A stretch of DNA of 64,000 nt, from contig CALUNJ010000002.1 in NCBI GenBank assembly GCA_944321975.1, positions 1,680 through 65,679 of the forward strand. The letters are read 5' to 3'. The position numbers and the translations under genes were made by a program. Below, piece by piece: positions 60,826 to 64,000 of the stretch (positions within the stretch are counted from its first letter, which is position 1; each line of letters opens with the position of its first letter). A model generated the notes under the pieces. The model saw nothing but the letters and a program-made list of their open reading frames with translations. It was not told where the DNA came from and made no database searches. This DNA is from an uncultured Paraprevotella sp. Its GTDB lineage: Bacteria; Bacteroidota; Bacteroidia; Bacteroidales; Bacteroidaceae.

Positions 60826-63363
60826 GTGGAACAGAACGTGTACAGTTATGAGGACGCTTTCGAGGCTTCTCTCAAGTATTTCAATGGAGACGAACTGGCC
60901 GCGAGAGTCTGGGTGAACAAATACTCCATGAAAGACTCTTACGGGCACATTTACGAGAAATCGCCGGAAGACATGCACTGGCGTATCGCACGAGAAATCG
61001 CCCGCATTGAAAACAAGTATGAAAACCCGATTCCGGCCGAAGAAATATTCGGACTTTTGGATCATTTCAAGTACATTATTCCAGCCGGAAGCCCCATGAC
61101 GGGCATCGGCAACAATTACCAGATTGCTTCGCTTTCCAACTGTTTCGTCATCGGGCTGGACGGGCCGGCTGATTCCTACGGCGGCATCATACGCATCGAC
61201 GAGGAGCAGGTGCAACTGATGAAACGGCGCGGCGGCGTGGGGCATGACCTTTCGCACATCCGTCCGAAAGGTTCCCCGGTGAAAAATTCCGCGCTGACTT
61301 CTACCGGCCTTGTTCCTTTCATGGAGCGTTACAGCAATTCCACCCGCGAAGTGGCCCAGGACGGGCGGCGTGGCGCCTTGATGCTTTCCGTGAGCATCAA
61401 GCATCCTGACGCGGAGGCTTTTATCGACGCGAAGATGACGGAAGGCAAGGTGACGGGGGCCAATGTATCGGTCAAGATCGACGACGAGTTCATGGCGGCT
61501 GCCGTTGAAGGCAAGCCTTATGTGCAGCAATACCCCATAGACAGCGCGTCGCCGATGGTTTCAAAGGAAATCAGTGCGCGGGATTTGTGGCGGAAAATAG
61601 TGCATAATGCATGGAAAAGCGCGGAACCGGGCGTGTTGTTCTGGGACACCATCCTGCGTGAGTCTGTGCCGGATTGCTATGCCGACCTGGGTTTCCGCAC
61701 GGTCAGCACGAATCCGTGCGGGGAGATTCCGCTCTGTCCGTATGACAGTTGCCGTTTGCTGGCTATCAACCTTTATTCTTATGTGGTGAATCCTTTTACG
61801 CCTGATGCTTATTTCGACTTTGAGCTGTTCAAGAAGCATGTGCGGCTGGCCCAGCGTCTGATGGACGACATCATCGACCTGGAGCTGGAGAAGATAGAAT
61901 TGATCCTGCAGAAAGTCGATGCCGACCCGGAGTCTGAGGAAGTCAAAGGCACGGAACGCCATCTTTGGGAGAAAATCTATCGGAAGAGCGGGCAGGGGCG
62001 CCGCACGGGGGTGGGGATCACGGCCGAAGGCGACATGCTTGCCGCGCTGGGACTGCGTTATGGCACCCAGGAAGCCACGGATTTCGCCGTGGAAGTCCAT
62101 AAGACCGTGGCCTTGCAGGCTTATCGTTCCTCGGTGCAGATGGCCAAGGAGCGGGGCGCCTTTAAGATCTTCGATGCGGAAAAGGAGAAAAACAATCCTT
62201 TCATCAGCCGCTTGCGCGAGGCCGACCCGGGACTTTACCGGGATATGGTGAAATATGGGCGCCGCAACATTGCATGCCTCACCATCGCTCCCACAGGCAC
62301 AACCAGCCTCATGACACAGACCACCTCGGGCATCGAGCCGGTGTTCATGCCCGTGTATAAGCGTCGTCGCAAGGTGAACCCCAACGATCCGGAAGTGCAT
62401 GTGGATTTCACGGATGAAACGGGCGACGCTTTCGAGGAGTATATCGTCTATCACCATAAATTCCTCACGTGGATGAAGGTCAATGGCTATGACGTCCACA
62501 AGAAATACACGCAAGAGGAAATCGACGGGCTGGTGGCGAAATCTCCTTATTATAAAGCCACGGCCAACGACGTGGATTGGCTCATGAAGGTGAAGATGCA
62601 GGGTGCCATACAGAAGTGGGTGGACCACAGCATCAGTGTCACGGTCAATCTTCCGGCCAACGTGGACGAGGAACTTGTGGATCATCTTTACGTGGAAGCC
62701 TGGAAGTCGGGGTGCAAGGGGTGCACGATTTATCGCGAAGGCTCGCGTTCCGGGGTGATGATTGCCATGAAGAACGAAAAGAAACCGGAGGAAGTACCCT
62801 GCAAACGTCCTGAAGTGGTGGAAAAACGTCCGCAAGTGCTTGAGTGCGACGTGGTGCGTTTCCAGAACAACAAGGAAAAGTGGGTGGCTTTCGTGGGCTT
62901 GCTCAACGGTTATCCTTATGAGATTTTTACGGGATTGCAGGATGACGACGAAGGCATCGTGTTGCCGAAGAGCGTGACCAAGGGGCGCATCATCAAGAAC
63001 GTGGACGAGGAGGGCAACAAACGCTATGACTTCCAGTTCGAGAATAAAAAGGGATATAAGACGACCGTCGAAGGCCTTTCCGAGAAGTTTAACAAGGAAT
63101 ATTGGAATTATGCCAAATTGATTTCAGGGGTGCTGCGCTACCGGATGCCGCTGGATCATGTCATCCGGCTTGTCAGTTCCCTGCAATTGGAAAGCGAGAG
63201 CATCAACACGTGGAAAAACGGCGTGGAGCGTGCGTTGAAGAAATATATCACGGACGGGACTGAAGCCAAAGGAATGAAGTGCCCGAACTGTGGGCATGAG
63301 ACACTGGTTTACCAGGAAGGGTGCCTTATTTGCAAGTATTGCGGTGCCTCGCGTTGCGGATAG
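60826..63363 (+). CDS. nrdJ: Adenosylcobalamin-dependent (class II) ribonucleotide reductase
   Basis: SNCF, TNPCGE, TIAPTGT, DHSISVTVN, C-terminal CP.CG...EGC..C..CG; GTG start; TAGCTTTG at 60737. Confidence 0.95.
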   Translation: MEQNVYSYEDAFEASLKYFNGDELAARVWVNKYSMKDSYGHIYEKSPEDMHWRIAREIARIENKYENPIPAEEIFGLLDHFKYIIPAGSPMTGIGNNYQIASLSNCFVIGLDGPADSYGGIIRIDEEQVQLMKRRGGVGHDLSHIRPKGSPVKNSALTSTGLVPFMERYSNSTREVAQDGRRGALMLSVSIKHPDAEAFIDAKMTEGKVTGANVSVKIDDEFMAAAVEGKPYVQQYPIDSASPMVSKEISARDLWRKIVHNAWKSAEPGVLFWDTILRESVPDCYADLGFRTVSTNPCGEIPLCPYDSCRLLAINLYSYVVNPFTPDAYFDFELFKKHVRLAQRLMDDIIDLELEKIELILQKVDADPESEEVKGTERHLWEKIYRKSGQGRRTGVGITAEGDMLAALGLRYGTQEATDFAVEVHKTVALQAYRSSVQMAKERGAFKIFDAEKEKNNPFISRLREADPGLYRDMVKYGRRNIACLTIAPTGTTSLMTQTTSGIEPVFMPVYKRRRKVNPNDPEVHVDFTDETGDAFEEYIVYHHKFLTWMKVNGYDVHKKYTQEEIDGLVAKSPYYKATANDVDWLMKVKMQGAIQKWVDHSISVTVNLPANVDEELVDHLYVEAWKSGCKGCTIYREGSRSGVMIAMKNEKKPEEVPCKRPEVVEKRPQVLECDVVRFQNNKEKWVAFVGLLNGYPYEIFTGLQDDDEGIVLPKSVTKGRIIKNVDEEGNKRYDFQFENKKGYKTTVEGLSEKFNKEYWNYAKLISGVLRYRMPLDHVIRLVSSLQLESESINTWKNGVERALKKYITDGTEAKGMKCPNCGHETLVYQEGCLICKYCGASRCG

Positions 63364-63373
63364 TGGTTGGGCC

Positions 63374-63742
63374 ATGAGGATAAGGACGCAAACCATATTG
63401 CTGCGCCGTGTGCGGGTCTTTGCCTGCCATGGCGTGGATCCGCAGGAACGCCTCACCGGGGCTTATTTCTATGTCGACTTGGCGGTCGGGACAGACTATG
63501 AGGCGGCCATGCGTGCCGACAGGCTGGAGGCTACGGTCAGTTATGCCGACTTGTTCCATTGCGTCAAGGAAGAGATGGCCGTGCCTTCGCTCTTGCTGGA
63601 GCATGTGGCCGGGAGGATCCTGGAACGGATCTTCCGCGATTTCCCGGCCGTGAGCCGTGTCCGTCTCACGTTGACAAAGGAGAACCCGCCCATGGGAGCC
63701 GATTGCCGGGAAGCCGGCGTGGAGGTGGAGGCTGAAAGATGA
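63374..63742 (+). CDS. folB: Dihydroneopterin aldolase
   Basis: HGV.PQER, D.L..TVSY, LLEHVA, K.NPP. Confidence 0.92.
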   Translation: MRIRTQTILLRRVRVFACHGVDPQERLTGAYFYVDLAVGTDYEAAMRADRLEATVSYADLFHCVKEEMAVPSLLLEHVAGRILERIFRDFPAVSRVRLTLTKENPPMGADCREAGVEVEAER

Positions 63743-63812
63743 GCGGGCATCTTCTTTCCCCTGTTTGGTGAAATCTGCCGGGAGGTGCTTCCTCCCGCTG
63801 CTCCATAATGAG

Positions 63813-63854
63813 GCCGTCTCCGGACTCTCCCCTTGGGGAAGTTCCGGAGACGGC
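63813..63854. terminator. Stem-loop between convergent folB and asnA
   Basis: GCCGTCTCCGGA / TCCGGAGACGGC. Confidence 0.65.
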
Positions 63855-63889
63855 TCATATATGGTGGCCGGTGCGTGTTGCGTGCGGGG

Positions 63890-64000
63890 TCAGATGAGCA
63901 ATATGCCATTCTCTTTGCATTCGCGGCGCATCTTCTCTGGCCAGATGCTCGATTGGGTCTCGCCCACGTGGGCCTTGTGGAGCAACACCATGCACAGACG
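63890..64000 (-). CDS. asnA: Aspartate-ammonia ligase, C-terminal end (partial)
   Basis: Manual translation RLCMVLLHKAHVGETQSSIWPEKMRRECKENGILLI*, matching the AsnA C-terminus. Confidence 0.8.
   Translation of the reverse strand, partial: RLCMVLLHKAHVGETQSSIWPEKMRRECKENGILLI

Overview
This is a 64 kb chromosomal segment from a GC-rich Bacteroidales bacterium. It is probably Prevotellaceae/Paraprevotella-like, judging from TAnnTTTG promoters, the MurF-Alr fusion, the amidase-mlaD-dnaA...nrdJ gene order and four proteins with T9SS-type C-termini. Most of the window is housekeeping: coaX-lptC cluster, secA, bcp, SulP, POT transporter, sod, trkA, dxs, murF-alr, dnaA, nrdJ, folB and asnA. Accessory blocks are interspersed. 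(1) 11.9-22.8 kb encodes secreted/surface proteins: an AT-rich BspA-type LRR protein, a lipoprotein, a GH2/FG-GAP enzyme and an internally duplicated six-CBM-like protein. (2) 28.9-35.4 kb is a compact five-gene operon: Sel1/TPR protein, multi-domain FtsK/SpoIIIE ATPase, two WXG100-like 'W-x-D' helical proteins and a coiled-coil protein. It looks like a minimal type VII/Esx-like module without membrane components in a diderm host, and it is the best candidate for an undescribed system. (3) An ABC-ATPase + DUF4435/TOPRIM pair has PARIS-like architecture. (4) A PL11 + GH97 pair lacks SusC/D. (5) A T9SS-type surface protein sits next to dnaA. In addition, a dispersed ~96 bp intergenic element occurs four times; it consists of five 8-bp CTCAAG(C/A)G-type boxes at exact 22-bp spacing. 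No rRNA, tRNA, CRISPR array, integrase or transposase was recognised. All family calls come from motif recognition by eye, not database searches.
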